Origin: Candidatus Arthromitus sp. SFB-mouse-Japan
Lineage (GTDB): Bacteria > Bacillota > Clostridia > Clostridiales > Clostridiaceae
Reading direction: 5' to 3'
Assembly: GCF_000270205.1 (NCBI RefSeq)
Contig: NC_015913.1
Location: 690,001-722,000 of the forward strand
DNA length: 32,000 bases
Below the pieces are notes generated by a model that was given only the letters and a program-made list of their open reading frames with translations, had not been told where the DNA came from and searched no databases. Within the stretch, counting starts at the first letter, position 1, and the number at the start of each line of letters is the position of its first letter. Both the position numbers and the translations under genes were made by a program. Shown here piece by piece: positions 1-8,990 of the stretch.

Positions 1-1
1 A

Positions 2-94
2 ATTATGATGTGGGCAGCTGGTAGAAGAAAAGAAGTTCATCCTATAATGTGGGTACTTACTTTGATCTTTTTAGTGCATTTTATATTTTTATAA
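2..94 (+). CDS. 3' end (partial) of a membrane permease, probably a purine (guanine/hypoxanthine, NCS2/AzgA-like) permease
   Basis: Frame 2 is open from the window edge to TAA at 92-94. The translation ..IMMWAAGRRKEVHPIMWVLTLIFLVHFIFL ends in a hydrophobic helix resembling NCS2 permease C-termini as I remember them. It lies 37 nt upstream of guaA with no terminator between. Only 30 codons are visible. Confidence 0.35.
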   Translation: MMMWAAGRRKEVHPIMWVLTLIFLVHFIFL

Positions 95-131
95 TTAATT
101 GGTGAAGAAATATTTTATTAGGGGTGATTAA

Positions 132-1664
132 ATGAAGAGTGATCAAGTGCTGGTTATTGATTTTGGGAGTCAATATAATCAATTGATTTGTCGACGTATT
201 CGAGAACTTGGAGTTTATAGCGAACTTAAGTCTCATAAAATAACGGCACAAGATATTAAACAATTGACGAATGTTAAGGGAATTATATTAAGTGGTAGTC
301 CAAATACTGTTACAGATAAAGGCTCCTTTGTTATGGATCCAGATATACTTAATCTAGGAATACCTATTATGGGAATTTGTTATGGTATGCAACTCATAAC
401 TCATATGAATGGTGGAGTTGTTGAGAGGTCATCTGAAAGAGAGTATGGGAAGACAGAAATTAAGACCGATGGCAGTGGAATTTTTGAGAATATCCCAATA
501 GAGCAGATTGTTTGGATGAGTCATGGGTATCATGTTAAAACTCTTCCATTAGGTTTTATAGCAAATGCTAGTAGTGAGTCTTGCCCAATTGCTGCTGCAT
601 TTAATGAAGATAAGAATATACATCTGGTTCAATTTCACCCAGAAGTTGAACATTCTGTTTATGGAACTGAAATATTAAAGAATTTTGTATTTAAAATATG
701 TAAAGCTAATGCAAATTGGTCTATGAGTAATTTTATTGAGGATCAAATTGTTAAGATAAGAGATCAAGTTAGAGATAAAAAAGTTTTGTGTGCACTTAGT
801 GGGGGAGTTGATTCTTCTGTTGTAGCAGCACTTATTTATAAAGCTATTGGTAATCAATTGTTATGTATGTTTATTGATAATGGACTTCTTCGTGAAGGAG
901 AGGCTCAGGAGGTTGTCGATACTTTTGATGGAAAATTTAAAATGAATTTTGTTAAGGTTGATGCTCAAGATAGATTTTTGAATAAATTGAAAGGTGTTTC
1001 TGATCCAGAGCAAAAGCGTAAAATTATAGGTAATGAGTTTGTGTTTTGTTTTGAGGAAGAAACGTCTAAATTAAATGATTTTGAATTTTTAGCTCAGGGT
1101 ACTCTTTATACTGATGTTATAGAATCAGGCACTAATACAGCTCAAACAATAAAATCTCACCATAATGTTGGCGGACTTCCTAAAAATATGAGATTTAAAT
1201 TAATCGAACCATTAAATACTCTTTTTAAGGATGAGGTTAGGGAACTTGGATTAGAAGTTGGATTGCCTGAAAGCATTGTTTATCGTCAACCATTTCCAGG
1301 ACCAGGACTTGGGATAAGAGTTATTGGTGAAGTTACAAATGAAAAACTAAAAATATTAAGACGAGCGGATAAAATTTTGAGAGATGAAATTGAAAATGCG
1401 GGGTTGAATAAGGAAATATGGCAGTATTTTGCTTGTTTAACGAATATGAAGTCTGTTGGTGTCATGGGTGATGAAAGGACATATAGTTATACGGTAGCTT
1501 TGAGAGCTGTGACATCGAGTGACGGGATGACTTCAGATTGGGCAAGAATTCCTTATGAAATTCTTGATGTTATTTCAAGACGCATAGTCAATGAAGTTAG
1601 TGATGTAAATAGGATTGTTTATGATGTTACTTCGAAACCACCATCAACAATAGAATTCGAATAA
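132..1664 (+). CDS. guaA: GMP synthase (glutamine-hydrolysing)
   Basis: 510-aa ORF. It has an N-terminal class I glutamine amidotransferase domain with catalytic Cys motif GICYGMQ, the PP-loop SGGVDSSV, and the typical C-terminal end ..[12 protein letters not shown]. An SD-like GGGGTG lies just upstream of the ATG. Confidence 0.97.
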   Translation: MKSDQVLVIDFGSQYNQLICRRIRELGVYSELKSHKITAQDIKQLTNVKGIILSGSPNTVTDKGSFVMDPDILNLGIPIMGICYGMQLITHMNGGVVERSSEREYGKTEIKTDGSGIFENIPIEQIVWMSHGYHVKTLPLGFIANASSESCPIAAAFNEDKNIHLVQFHPEVEHSVYGTEILKNFVFKICKANANWSMSNFIEDQIVKIRDQVRDKKVLCALSGGVDSSVVAALIYKAIGNQLLCMFIDNGLLREGEAQEVVDTFDGKFKMNFVKVDAQDRFLNKLKGVSDPEQKRKIIGNEFVFCFEEETSKLNDFEFLAQGTLYTDVIESGTNTAQTIKSHHNVGGLPKNMRFKLIEPLNTLFKDEVRELGLEVGLPESIVYRQPFPGPGLGIRVIGEVTNEKLKILRRADKILRDEIENAGLNKEIWQYFACLTNMKSVGVMGDERTYSYTVALRAVTSSDGMTSDWARIPYEILDVISRRIVNEVSDVNRIVYDVTSKPPSTIEFE

Positions 1665-1671
1665 AAATTTT

Positions 1672-1710
1672 TGCCGAAGAATGAGTGATTTTATTCTTCG
1701 GCATTATTAT
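1672..1710. terminator. Bidirectional rho-independent terminator between convergent guaA and the lipoprotein gene
   Basis: Perfect 11-bp stem TGCCGAAGAAT (1672-1682) / ATTCTTCGGCA (1693-1703) with a 10-nt loop. It is flanked by an A/T run upstream and a T-rich run downstream. Confidence 0.85.
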
Positions 1711-2301
1711 TTATTTGATGTTGATAATTATATCTAATAATAGATCTGTACTTATTGGATTATTTGTTGTTATAGAAAATGTATATCCATTGTTTGTCCA
1801 AATTGCTACGCTGATTTTTCCGTTGTTTCCTTTCGTCGTTACGTCTAAATTATTTATGTAGATTCTGTTTATTTCTGAGTAATCATTGTAATCGCCACTT
1901 ATGTCTTCAGTTCCAGTGGATTTTCTAATAAATAGAGTGTGTTGATTTGCATTGAATGAATCAAATGTTATATTTTTTAAATCTTCTTCATTTATACTTT
2001 CGAGTTTTTTCTCATTATAATAAGTAATTTGAATTGTTTCGTCATTAATAATTGAATATTGTTTATTTTCATATCCAACAATTGTATCAGGTATAGAAAA
2101 TTTAAATCCACAAGCCTCTATAGCTTCTTCAAGTGTTTCATATTTTACTATTGAATTAGGTAATTTAATTATTTTATTGCTTTCGGTTTCTGAAATTATA
2201 GGATTGTTATTAGATACGTTTTTGTTTTTGTTTGAAGTGTTACAGGATGTAATAGCAATTGCCATTGATGCTAATACAGTGAATGAAATTAATTTTTTCA
2301 C
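1711..2301 (-). CDS. Putative lipoprotein of unknown function (DUF4367-like domain)
   Basis: The ORF track starts at TTG 2322. GTG at 2301 is preceded by the SD GAAGGGA and gives MKKLISFTVLASMAIAITSC.., a classic lipoprotein signal peptide with a lipobox Cys. The mature part (..DISGDYNDYSE.., ..VAIWTNNGYTFSI..) resembles DUF4367-type domains from memory; this was not verified. Confidence 0.7.
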   Translation of the reverse strand: MKKLISFTVLASMAIAITSCNTSNKNKNVSNNNPIISETESNKIIKLPNSIVKYETLEEAIEACGFKFSIPDTIVGYENKQYSIINDETIQITYYNEKKLESINEEDLKNITFDSFNANQHTLFIRKSTGTEDISGDYNDYSEINRIYINNLDVTTKGNNGKISVAIWTNNGYTFSITTNNPISTDLLLDIIINIK

Positions 2302-2489
2302 GTTTTTTCCCTTCTTTGTCAAAAAATTATATTAAATGTTTCTCAAATATATTTTATATTTAATTTTTGTTTAAGTCTATTGTAAAGATTTCTTATCTTA
2401 CCAACAAATAATTTAAGTATTTTCACATAAGAAATTTAAATTGGTACAACTTATTTTATAGGAAATGAAGTTTGGAGAGTATTAAGATT

Positions 2490-3680
2490 ATGATAATAAA
2501 TCACAATATTAATGCGATGAACGCACATAGAAATATGGGAAGTACTACAATTGCTCAAGGTAAGGCAATGGAAAAATTGAATTCAGGATTGAGGATAAAT
2601 AGGGCTGCAGATGATGCAGCAGGTTTCGCAATTTCTGAAAAGATGAGATCACAAATAAGAGGACTTAATCAAGCTTCGAGAAACACACAAGATGGTATTT
2701 CAATGATTCAAACAGCAGAAGGAGCACTTTCAGAAACTCAAGCAATAGCACAGAGAATGAGGGAACTTGCAGTTCAATCTGCAAATGGTACTTATACAGA
2801 TGAAGATAGAACTTTAATAGATCAAGAGTTTAAGAAATTAAAATCGGAGATTGATAGGATATCAGAGGATACAGAATTTAATGGTAGTAAACTTATCAAT
2901 GGGAGTATTTCTGGGAAAGAAATCAAGACTCGTGATAAAGATTCAGTTATTATTAATGGAGATATTAAGAATCCAAATTCAATTAATGAGGTTATGAAAG
3001 AAATAGATCCAAATGAATTAGTTAGACTTGGAGAAGGAACATTTGATTTAATTATTTCTAAAGATAGGAATCTTGATGTTACTATTAGTATAGTTGATCG
3101 ATCCCATTTTAATGGATGGAAACCATATGTTATTGATAGTATAATTATAGATAATCCTTCAGTAATTGAAGATGTTGAATTGGCAGGAATTAATTTAAGA
3201 TTTAACAATATTCACGCTACATCGTCTTATCTTCCCGCTGGGAAAGAAATAAGAATTTCCTTTTTTAATGATTCAGAGAAGAAATCAAATGGTGTGGATT
3301 TTCAAGTAGGATCGAATAAAGGTCAGATGGTTGGACTTGATATAGAGAATATGAGAAGTCGTGAACTTGGTCTTGGGGGAAGTGATTTATCTACAATAGA
3401 AAATTCAAAGGAGGCAATTGAAAGATTAGATATAGCAATTTTTAGAGTATCAGAACAGAGAGCCAATCTTGGATCTGTACAAAATAGACTTGAGCACACA
3501 GTATCTTCAATTGGGAATACAGCAGAGAATTTACAAGCAGCAGAGTCGAGAATACGAGATGTTGATATGGCAAAAGAGATGATGAATTTAACAAAATTAA
3601 ATATTCTTCAACAGGCAACCCAATCAATGTTAGCACAAGCAAATCAATCACCGCAACAAGTTATTTCTATTTTAAAATAA
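2490..3680 (+). CDS. fliC: Flagellin
   Basis: The N-terminus MIINHNINAMNAHRN.. and AADDAAGFAISEKMRSQIRGLNQASRN are the conserved flagellin N domain. The C-terminus ..ANLGSVQNRLEHT..ESRIRDVDMAKEMMNLTKLNILQQATQSMLAQANQSPQQVISILK is the flagellin C domain. ATG 2490 sits 9 nt after the SD GGAGAG. The track's TTG at 2472 would add an atypical 6-aa extension. Confidence 0.93.
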   Translation: MIINHNINAMNAHRNMGSTTIAQGKAMEKLNSGLRINRAADDAAGFAISEKMRSQIRGLNQASRNTQDGISMIQTAEGALSETQAIAQRMRELAVQSANGTYTDEDRTLIDQEFKKLKSEIDRISEDTEFNGSKLINGSISGKEIKTRDKDSVIINGDIKNPNSINEVMKEIDPNELVRLGEGTFDLIISKDRNLDVTISIVDRSHFNGWKPYVIDSIIIDNPSVIEDVELAGINLRFNNIHATSSYLPAGKEIRISFFNDSEKKSNGVDFQVGSNKGQMVGLDIENMRSRELGLGGSDLSTIENSKEAIERLDIAIFRVSEQRANLGSVQNRLEHTVSSIGNTAENLQAAESRIRDVDMAKEMMNLTKLNILQQATQSMLAQANQSPQQVISILK

Positions 3681-3940
3681 AGATTATCTCCTTTTTAGAT
3701 TTTATTATATTATTTGATTAGAATGTTATTAGATAGTCATAACATAATTCTACATTTTTTATAAATTTAATATAGACAATAAAAATAATTTTATATTAAA
3801 ATGTACATAGAACGATTAAATTTTAGCATTCTGATTGAAAAACATAATGATTCTTTACGTTTTTTAATGTAATTTTTAATAAATAGCTCTTATAGCCGTT
3901 TATTTTAAATATAAACCATTATACAAAAAGGAGATAAATT

Positions 3941-5011
3941 ATGAAAAAGCATGTTACACGTATACTAACTTCTGGTTTTTTGGCATTATCACTTTTAACT
4001 GGTTGCATTGGTTCACCTTCAACTGATGGCTCAAATACTTCATTAAATTCTGATACAACAACAAATACTATAAATATTGATAAGTTAAATATAGCTTTTG
4101 TTCCTTCGAAAGACCCGGATCAAATTATTACAGCAACAGAGCCTTTGAAAGATATGTTAAAAAATGAGTTGAATAATCAAGGATATTCAATTGGAGAAGT
4201 TAATATTTCAGTTGGGACAAACTATGAAGCTGTAGGAGAGGCTTTGGTATCTGGTACTGTCGATATTGGATTTATTCCAGGTGCTACATATGTATTATAC
4301 GATGATGGTGCTGAAGTGTTATTAACAGCTACAAGGGATGCAGTAAGTCATAGTTCTGAAAATGCAATAGATTGGAATCAATCGCCTACAGAATACATAC
4401 CACAACAAGCTACTTCATATAGATCACTTATTATTGCTGGACCTTCTGCAAAAGGGAAGGAACTTAGTCAAAAAGTAAATAATGGACAAGAGTTAACATG
4501 GGAAGATTTAAATAGTGCAAAATGGGCTGTAATGAGTCCAGCATCATCTGCAGGATATATTTATCCAACTTTATTATTAAATGATAAGTATGGTAAATCT
4601 GTAGCAGATTTAGAAAATAAGGTTCAATCTGATTCTTATGGAAGTTCCATTGCTAGATTAGCAGCTGAACAAGTAGATGTTGTAACAGTTTTTGCTGACG
4701 CAAGAATTGATTATGTTGAAAATTGGATAAATGATTATGGACGTACAGGACAAATTTGGGATGAAACAAATGTTATAGGTGTGTCTGATCCAATTTATAA
4801 TGATACGATAAGTGCAAGTAAAAATTCTCCTATTATGACACCTGAATTCAAAAATGCATTTGCGACAGCTATGATAAATATAGCAAATACTGAAGAAGGT
4901 AAAAAGGTAATCTCAGTTTATAGTCACAAAGGGTATGAACGTGCTCAATCTGCCGATTATGATAATGAAAGAAGAGTTCAGGAGATTATTCGTGAACTAA
5001 GATCTCAATAA
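3941..5011 (+). CDS. phnD: Phosphonate/phosphate-ester ABC transporter substrate-binding lipoprotein (PhnD family)
   Basis: Signal peptide with lipobox LLTGC and a PhnD-like core (..NIAFVPSKDP.., ..GTVDIGFIPGATYV.., ..YRSLIIAG.., ..SSAGYIYP..). A strong SD AAGGAG precedes it, and phnC and two phnE genes follow. Confidence 0.85.
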   Translation: MKKHVTRILTSGFLALSLLTGCIGSPSTDGSNTSLNSDTTTNTINIDKLNIAFVPSKDPDQIITATEPLKDMLKNELNNQGYSIGEVNISVGTNYEAVGEALVSGTVDIGFIPGATYVLYDDGAEVLLTATRDAVSHSSENAIDWNQSPTEYIPQQATSYRSLIIAGPSAKGKELSQKVNNGQELTWEDLNSAKWAVMSPASSAGYIYPTLLLNDKYGKSVADLENKVQSDSYGSSIARLAAEQVDVVTVFADARIDYVENWINDYGRTGQIWDETNVIGVSDPIYNDTISASKNSPIMTPEFKNAFATAMINIANTEEGKKVISVYSHKGYERAQSADYDNERRVQEIIRELRSQ

Positions 5012-5024
5012 TTTTGAAAGTTAT

Positions 5025-5050
5025 GGCGGGGACGAGTCCCTGCCTTTTTT
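5025..5050 (+). terminator. Intra-operon stem-loop / partial terminator between phnD and phnC
   Basis: GC-rich hairpin GGCGGGGA-CGAG-TCCCTGCC (one G:U pair) followed by TTTTTT. It is one of the few GC-rich spots in the window. Confidence 0.7.
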
Positions 5051-5079
5051 ATAAATAAAATAAATGAGAGGATTAATTA

Positions 5080-5832
5080 ATGATAGAGTTTAAAAACGTT
5101 TCAAAAGTATATCCAAATGGCACTAAGGGACTTGATAATGTTAACTTAAAGATAAATCGAGGAGAATTTGTTGCAATTATCGGTTTATCTGGTGCGGGTA
5201 AGTCGACTTTAATAAGGACAATAAACAGAATGATTGATATTACAGATGGAAATTTAATTGTAAATGGCAAAAATGTTAAGGAATTAAAAGGAAAGCAACT
5301 TAGAGAATTTAGGAGAAAAATTGGTATGATTTTCCAATCTTTTAATCTTGTAACTCGCACAAGTGTAATAAAAAATGTTTTAACTGCAAAAGTACCAGAT
5401 ATCCCATTTATAAGATCAGTCTTTGGGATATTTACGAAAGAGGAAAAAATACAAGCATTAGAGGCCTTGGATAAGATGGGAATTGTTGACAAAGCATTTA
5501 TAAGAGCAGATCAACTTTCAGGAGGACAGCAACAGAGGGTTGCATTATCAAGGACTCTAGCACAAAATCCTGAAATTATCTTAGCTGATGAACCTGTTGC
5601 GGCTTTAGACCCTATTACAGCAAGAAAAGTTATGGAAGATTTTAAGAAAATAAATAGAGAAATGAACATTTCAATTTTGATAAATATTCATCATGTTGAA
5701 CTTGCCCTTAATTATGCAGATAGGATTGTTGGGATTAAAGATGGGAAAATAGTTTATGATGGCTCTTCATCTGAAGTTACGGAAGAAATATTAGAAACTA
5801 TTTACAAGGGTAAGGTGGAGGTGGTTGCGTGA
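5080..5832 (+). CDS. phnC: Phosphonate-type ABC transporter ATP-binding protein
   Basis: Walker A GLSGAGKST, ABC signature LSGGQQQRV and Walker B ILADEP. The N-terminus MIEFKNVSKVYPNGTKGL is typical of PhnC. Confidence 0.92.
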   Translation: MIEFKNVSKVYPNGTKGLDNVNLKINRGEFVAIIGLSGAGKSTLIRTINRMIDITDGNLIVNGKNVKELKGKQLREFRRKIGMIFQSFNLVTRTSVIKNVLTAKVPDIPFIRSVFGIFTKEEKIQALEALDKMGIVDKAFIRADQLSGGQQQRVALSRTLAQNPEIILADEPVAALDPITARKVMEDFKKINREMNISILINIHHVELALNYADRIVGIKDGKIVYDGSSSEVTEEILETIYKGKVEVVA

Positions 5833-6650
5833 ATATCTATGATAAGATATTTAGACCACGAGTTATAGAATTTGGAAATGGAAAGCAAGTTGAAGAAAAA
5901 AGATCGAGAATGCCACTTATAATTTTGATTTTTATTATTGCCATTATAGTGTCTGTAAAAATTACAGGATTTAACTTTACCACATTAATTCAACGTGGAA
6001 AAAATTTTTTTAGTATTATAGGACAAATGTTTCCGCCAAATATTGATTACATAAATAAGATTTTGAAACCACTTTTTGATACAGTGAAGATGTCTCTTTT
6101 GGGATCTGTAATAGGATCTCTGGCTGTTATACCGTTTTCTATAGTGTCATCAAGTAACATAATAAAAAGCAAATTTGTTGTGTCATTTATGAGATTTTTA
6201 CTTAGTATAGTGAGAACGCTCCCTACTCTTGTTATCGCACTTATTGCTACATATGTTTTTGGGCTTGGAACTTTTGCGGGTACTGTTGCGATTTCTATAT
6301 TTACTTTTGGATATGTTGGAAAGAAACTTTATGAGCAAATAGAAACGGTTGATATGGGAGCTTATGAAGCGATTCAAGCTTTAGGTGCGAGTAAATTAAG
6401 AGCATTTTTAAGTGCAATTATACCACAAGTTTTACCATCGTATATCGCCACAAGTTTATTTTGTTTTGAAGGTAATGTTAGACATGCAGCTATATTAGGT
6501 TATGTTGGTGCTGGAGGAATAGGATTAATTCTTAATGAGAATCTTAGTTGGAGAGAGTATGGAAATGTTGGGATGGTACTTATATCTTTATTTATGGTTG
6601 TAATCTTGATTGAATTGTTGAGCCATTATCTCAGAAAGAAATTAACTTAG
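5829..6650 (+). CDS. phnE: Phosphonate-type ABC transporter permease
   Basis: Multi-pass membrane protein with the PhnE-like C-terminal motif ..RHAAILGYVGAGGIG... Its GTG start overlaps the phnC stop (GTGA), indicating translational coupling. Confidence 0.88.
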   Translation: MNIYDKIFRPRVIEFGNGKQVEEKRSRMPLIILIFIIAIIVSVKITGFNFTTLIQRGKNFFSIIGQMFPPNIDYINKILKPLFDTVKMSLLGSVIGSLAVIPFSIVSSSNIIKSKFVVSFMRFLLSIVRTLPTLVIALIATYVFGLGTFAGTVAISIFTFGYVGKKLYEQIETVDMGAYEAIQALGASKLRAFLSAIIPQVLPSYIATSLFCFEGNVRHAAILGYVGAGGIGLILNENLSWREYGNVGMVLISLFMVVILIELLSHYLRKKLT

Positions 6651-6662
6651 GAGGTAATATTT

Positions 6663-7469
6663 ATGAGTGAGATGGTTTTAAGACAATACGAAAAAGAACC
6701 TCGTAACTTTATTTGGAAAATAATTACTGCTTTAATTTGTGTTTTCCTTATTGTATGGTCAAGCAGTACAGTTAGTTTAGAAGGAATATCACAAAATGGT
6801 CTTCAGATAGCTAAAAATATTTTTCTTGGAATATTTGCTCCAGATACAGAACTTCTTTTTGATTTTGTAGGTGGTGTTCCATACCTTTTACTTGAAACAA
6901 TGTGTATTGCATTTCTTGGTACACTTGTTGGTTCAGTTCTAGCAATCCCAATTTCATTTATTTCTGCTACAAATATTGTTCCTAAGCCAATAAGTGTTGT
7001 TGGAAGATTTATAATTATGTCAATTCGTACAGTTCCATCAATTGTGTATGCATTAATGTTTATAAGAGTAACGGGACCAGGTGCATTTGCAGGACTTCTT
7101 ACTATGTCTTTGGCATCTATTGGAATGATTTCAAAAATGTATATTGAGTCAATAGAAGATTTAGATACTAAAATTTTAGAATCGTTAGATGCTTGTGGAT
7201 GTAATTTTTTTCAGAAGATTCGTTATGGAATACTTCCTCAACTTTTTCCAGATTTTATTTCGACAGTTATATATCGTTTTGATATGAATTTGAGAGATGC
7301 TAGTATATTAGGGATAGTTGGAGCAGGAGGAATTGGTGCACCATTAATATTTTCAATGAATTCTTATAGGTGGAATGAAGTTGGGGCGATTATAATAGGA
7401 CTTATAGTTCTTGTGCTTATTATAGAATTTATTTCAACTAAGATAAGAGTGAAGCTAGCTAGGGGGTAA
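6663..7469 (+). CDS. phnE: Phosphonate-type ABC transporter permease (second copy)
   Basis: Paralogue of the previous gene (..RDASILGIVGAGGIGAPL..). The SD AGGAGG lies 8 nt upstream of the ATG. Confidence 0.88.
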   Translation: MSEMVLRQYEKEPRNFIWKIITALICVFLIVWSSSTVSLEGISQNGLQIAKNIFLGIFAPDTELLFDFVGGVPYLLLETMCIAFLGTLVGSVLAIPISFISATNIVPKPISVVGRFIIMSIRTVPSIVYALMFIRVTGPGAFAGLLTMSLASIGMISKMYIESIEDLDTKILESLDACGCNFFQKIRYGILPQLFPDFISTVIYRFDMNLRDASILGIVGAGGIGAPLIFSMNSYRWNEVGAIIIGLIVLVLIIEFISTKIRVKLARG

Positions 7470-7471
7470 AT

Positions 7472-8935
7472 ATGAACAAGAATTTAAGAATAATTTTCAC
7501 ATCTGATATCCACGGATATTTTTTTAACACCGATTATATGGACAGAGAAGTCAAGCATCAAGGATTATTACATTTAGCAACAAGATATAATAAGGATGAT
7601 GAAACTCTAATTATTGATGGGGGAGATATACTTCAAGGCTCCCCATTTACATATTTTAGTCAGATGCAAAAGTCTCCTGATAAAATCGCACGAATTATGA
7701 ATGAAGTAGGGTACGATTTTGTTACTATTGGTAACCATGATTTTAATTATGGCTATGAATATTTTAAAAAATATTTGGAGCATTTAGATGCTGAATGTGT
7801 TTGTGAGAATTGTCTTGATGAGAAAGGTAATTCATTATATCCACATAAAATAATTACAATGAAAAATGGACTTAGGGTTGGAATTGTTGGATGTGTAACT
7901 GAGTTTGTGAAATTTTGGGAGAGTCCTCAAAATTTAAGTGGAATATTAATCGGGAATATTATTGAAAATTTAAAGAAAGCTTATGATCAAATGAAAGATA
8001 AAGTTGATGTAAGTGTATGCGTTTATCATGGAGGATTTGAATGTGACATTGATACTGGGAAAATAGTTGAAACGAGTGGGGAAAATGTTGGTACAAAAAT
8101 TTGTGATGAGTTAGATTTTGATGTACTTTTAACAGGTCACCAGCATATTGGAATTAAAGGTAGGTATTTAAAAAACACTTATGTTGTGCAAAATTTATTT
8201 AATGCTATGAGTTTTCATGAGATAAAGATATCAAGAGAAAATAATGAAAATATTATTGAGTCTGATATGATACTTGCAAAAGATATACCGCTTTCCGATA
8301 AAAAAGTTCCATTCTATGAAGAAAATGAGAGAATTCAAAATCTTATAGATAATTTTGTTGGCGAGATAGATGAGGAGTTACTTCCTGATACTCATTTAAA
8401 CATGGCACTTAATGGAAGTAAGCTTGCTGACTTTATAAATAAAGTTCAAATAGAATATACTGGAGCAGATATTTCTTCAACGAGTTTTGCTAATAGAATT
8501 TCAGGTCTTCCAAGAAAGGTTAGAATGAGAGATCTTTTATTGACGTATCCATTTCCAAATACTTTAGTTCTTTTAGAAATAAATGGTAAAAATTTAAAGA
8601 AAGCTCTTGAAAGAAGTGCCGAATACTTTGACATGAAAGATGGAGAAATTATTATTTCTGAAAGATTTTTGAAACCAAAGATTGAACATTATAATTATGA
8701 TTATTTTATGGGTGTGGATTATAAAATCGATTATGAAGGGGATCTTGGGAATAGAGTTTATGATGTTAAAGTAAATGGAAAAGAAGTATTTGATGATGAC
8801 ACTTTTACAATTTGTTTAAATAGCTATAGAGCAAAAGGAACAGGCGGATATTCAATGTATAATGATTGTAAAGTAATAAAAAAATATGATGAAGAAATAT
8901 TTGAAATATTAGTAGATTATGTTAAAAATTTTTAA
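7472..8935 (+). CDS. Cytoplasmic bifunctional metallophosphatase / 5'-nucleotidase family protein (UshA/CpdB/YunD-like)
   Basis: Calcineurin-like phosphoesterase motifs SDIHG, GGDILQG, GNHDF, VYHGG and GHQH, plus a C-terminal 5'-nucleotidase-type substrate domain. There is no signal peptide. The ATG is 2 nt after the phnE stop and is preceded by the SD GGGGG. Confidence 0.85.
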   Translation: MNKNLRIIFTSDIHGYFFNTDYMDREVKHQGLLHLATRYNKDDETLIIDGGDILQGSPFTYFSQMQKSPDKIARIMNEVGYDFVTIGNHDFNYGYEYFKKYLEHLDAECVCENCLDEKGNSLYPHKIITMKNGLRVGIVGCVTEFVKFWESPQNLSGILIGNIIENLKKAYDQMKDKVDVSVCVYHGGFECDIDTGKIVETSGENVGTKICDELDFDVLLTGHQHIGIKGRYLKNTYVVQNLFNAMSFHEIKISRENNENIIESDMILAKDIPLSDKKVPFYEENERIQNLIDNFVGEIDEELLPDTHLNMALNGSKLADFINKVQIEYTGADISSTSFANRISGLPRKVRMRDLLLTYPFPNTLVLLEINGKNLKKALERSAEYFDMKDGEIIISERFLKPKIEHYNYDYFMGVDYKIDYEGDLGNRVYDVKVNGKEVFDDDTFTICLNSYRAKGTGGYSMYNDCKVIKKYDEEIFEILVDYVKNF

Positions 8936-8990
8936 AGATATATTGAAATTAAATAAATTATATTATACAATATAATTGGGAGCTTAGAGA

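Noticed and set aside
2302-2489. Search for a sigma-D (sigma-28) flagellin promoter (TAAA-N15-GCCGATAA) and CsrA-type GGA sites in the flagellin leader
   Set aside because: The best candidate is TAAAG-N13-CCAACAAAT (about 2374-2400), with wrong spacing and a poor -10. The two GGA motifs (2461-2463, and the one in the SD at 2474-2476) are too generic to call CsrA sites.
3681-3940. Riboswitch, Pho box or small ORF in the 260-nt region upstream of phnD
   Set aside because: It is almost pure A/T with no conserved helices I can fold. The TTHACA-like repeats have wrong spacing. The 23-codon ORF MYIERLNF.. has no SD.
5073-5492. 139-aa ORF on the minus strand, and similar track ORFs at 81-263, 675-857, 2822-3208, 3442-3651, 8446-8634, 9160-9360, 9835-10074, 10196-10381, 15165-15497, 16021-16206, 16574-16822, 17570-17848, 19182-19493, 25017-25229, 29638-29856 and 31139-31342
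   Set aside because: All lie antisense to, or overlapping, well-supported genes. They lack SD sequences and translate to I/L/F/S/N-rich low-complexity strings, as expected for the reverse strand of AT-rich coding DNA.
7259-7265. A second Spo0A-box-like heptamer (TTCGACA, reverse complement of TGTCGAA) inside phnE
   Set aside because: It is inside a coding region far from any promoter. A 7-mer is expected by chance a few times in 64 kb of two-strand sequence.
8956-8977. AT-only near-palindrome AATTATATT-ATAC-AATATAATT just after the phosphoesterase gene
   Set aside because: It is low-complexity A/T sequence, the true terminator lies 14 nt downstream, and nothing supports a protein-binding role.
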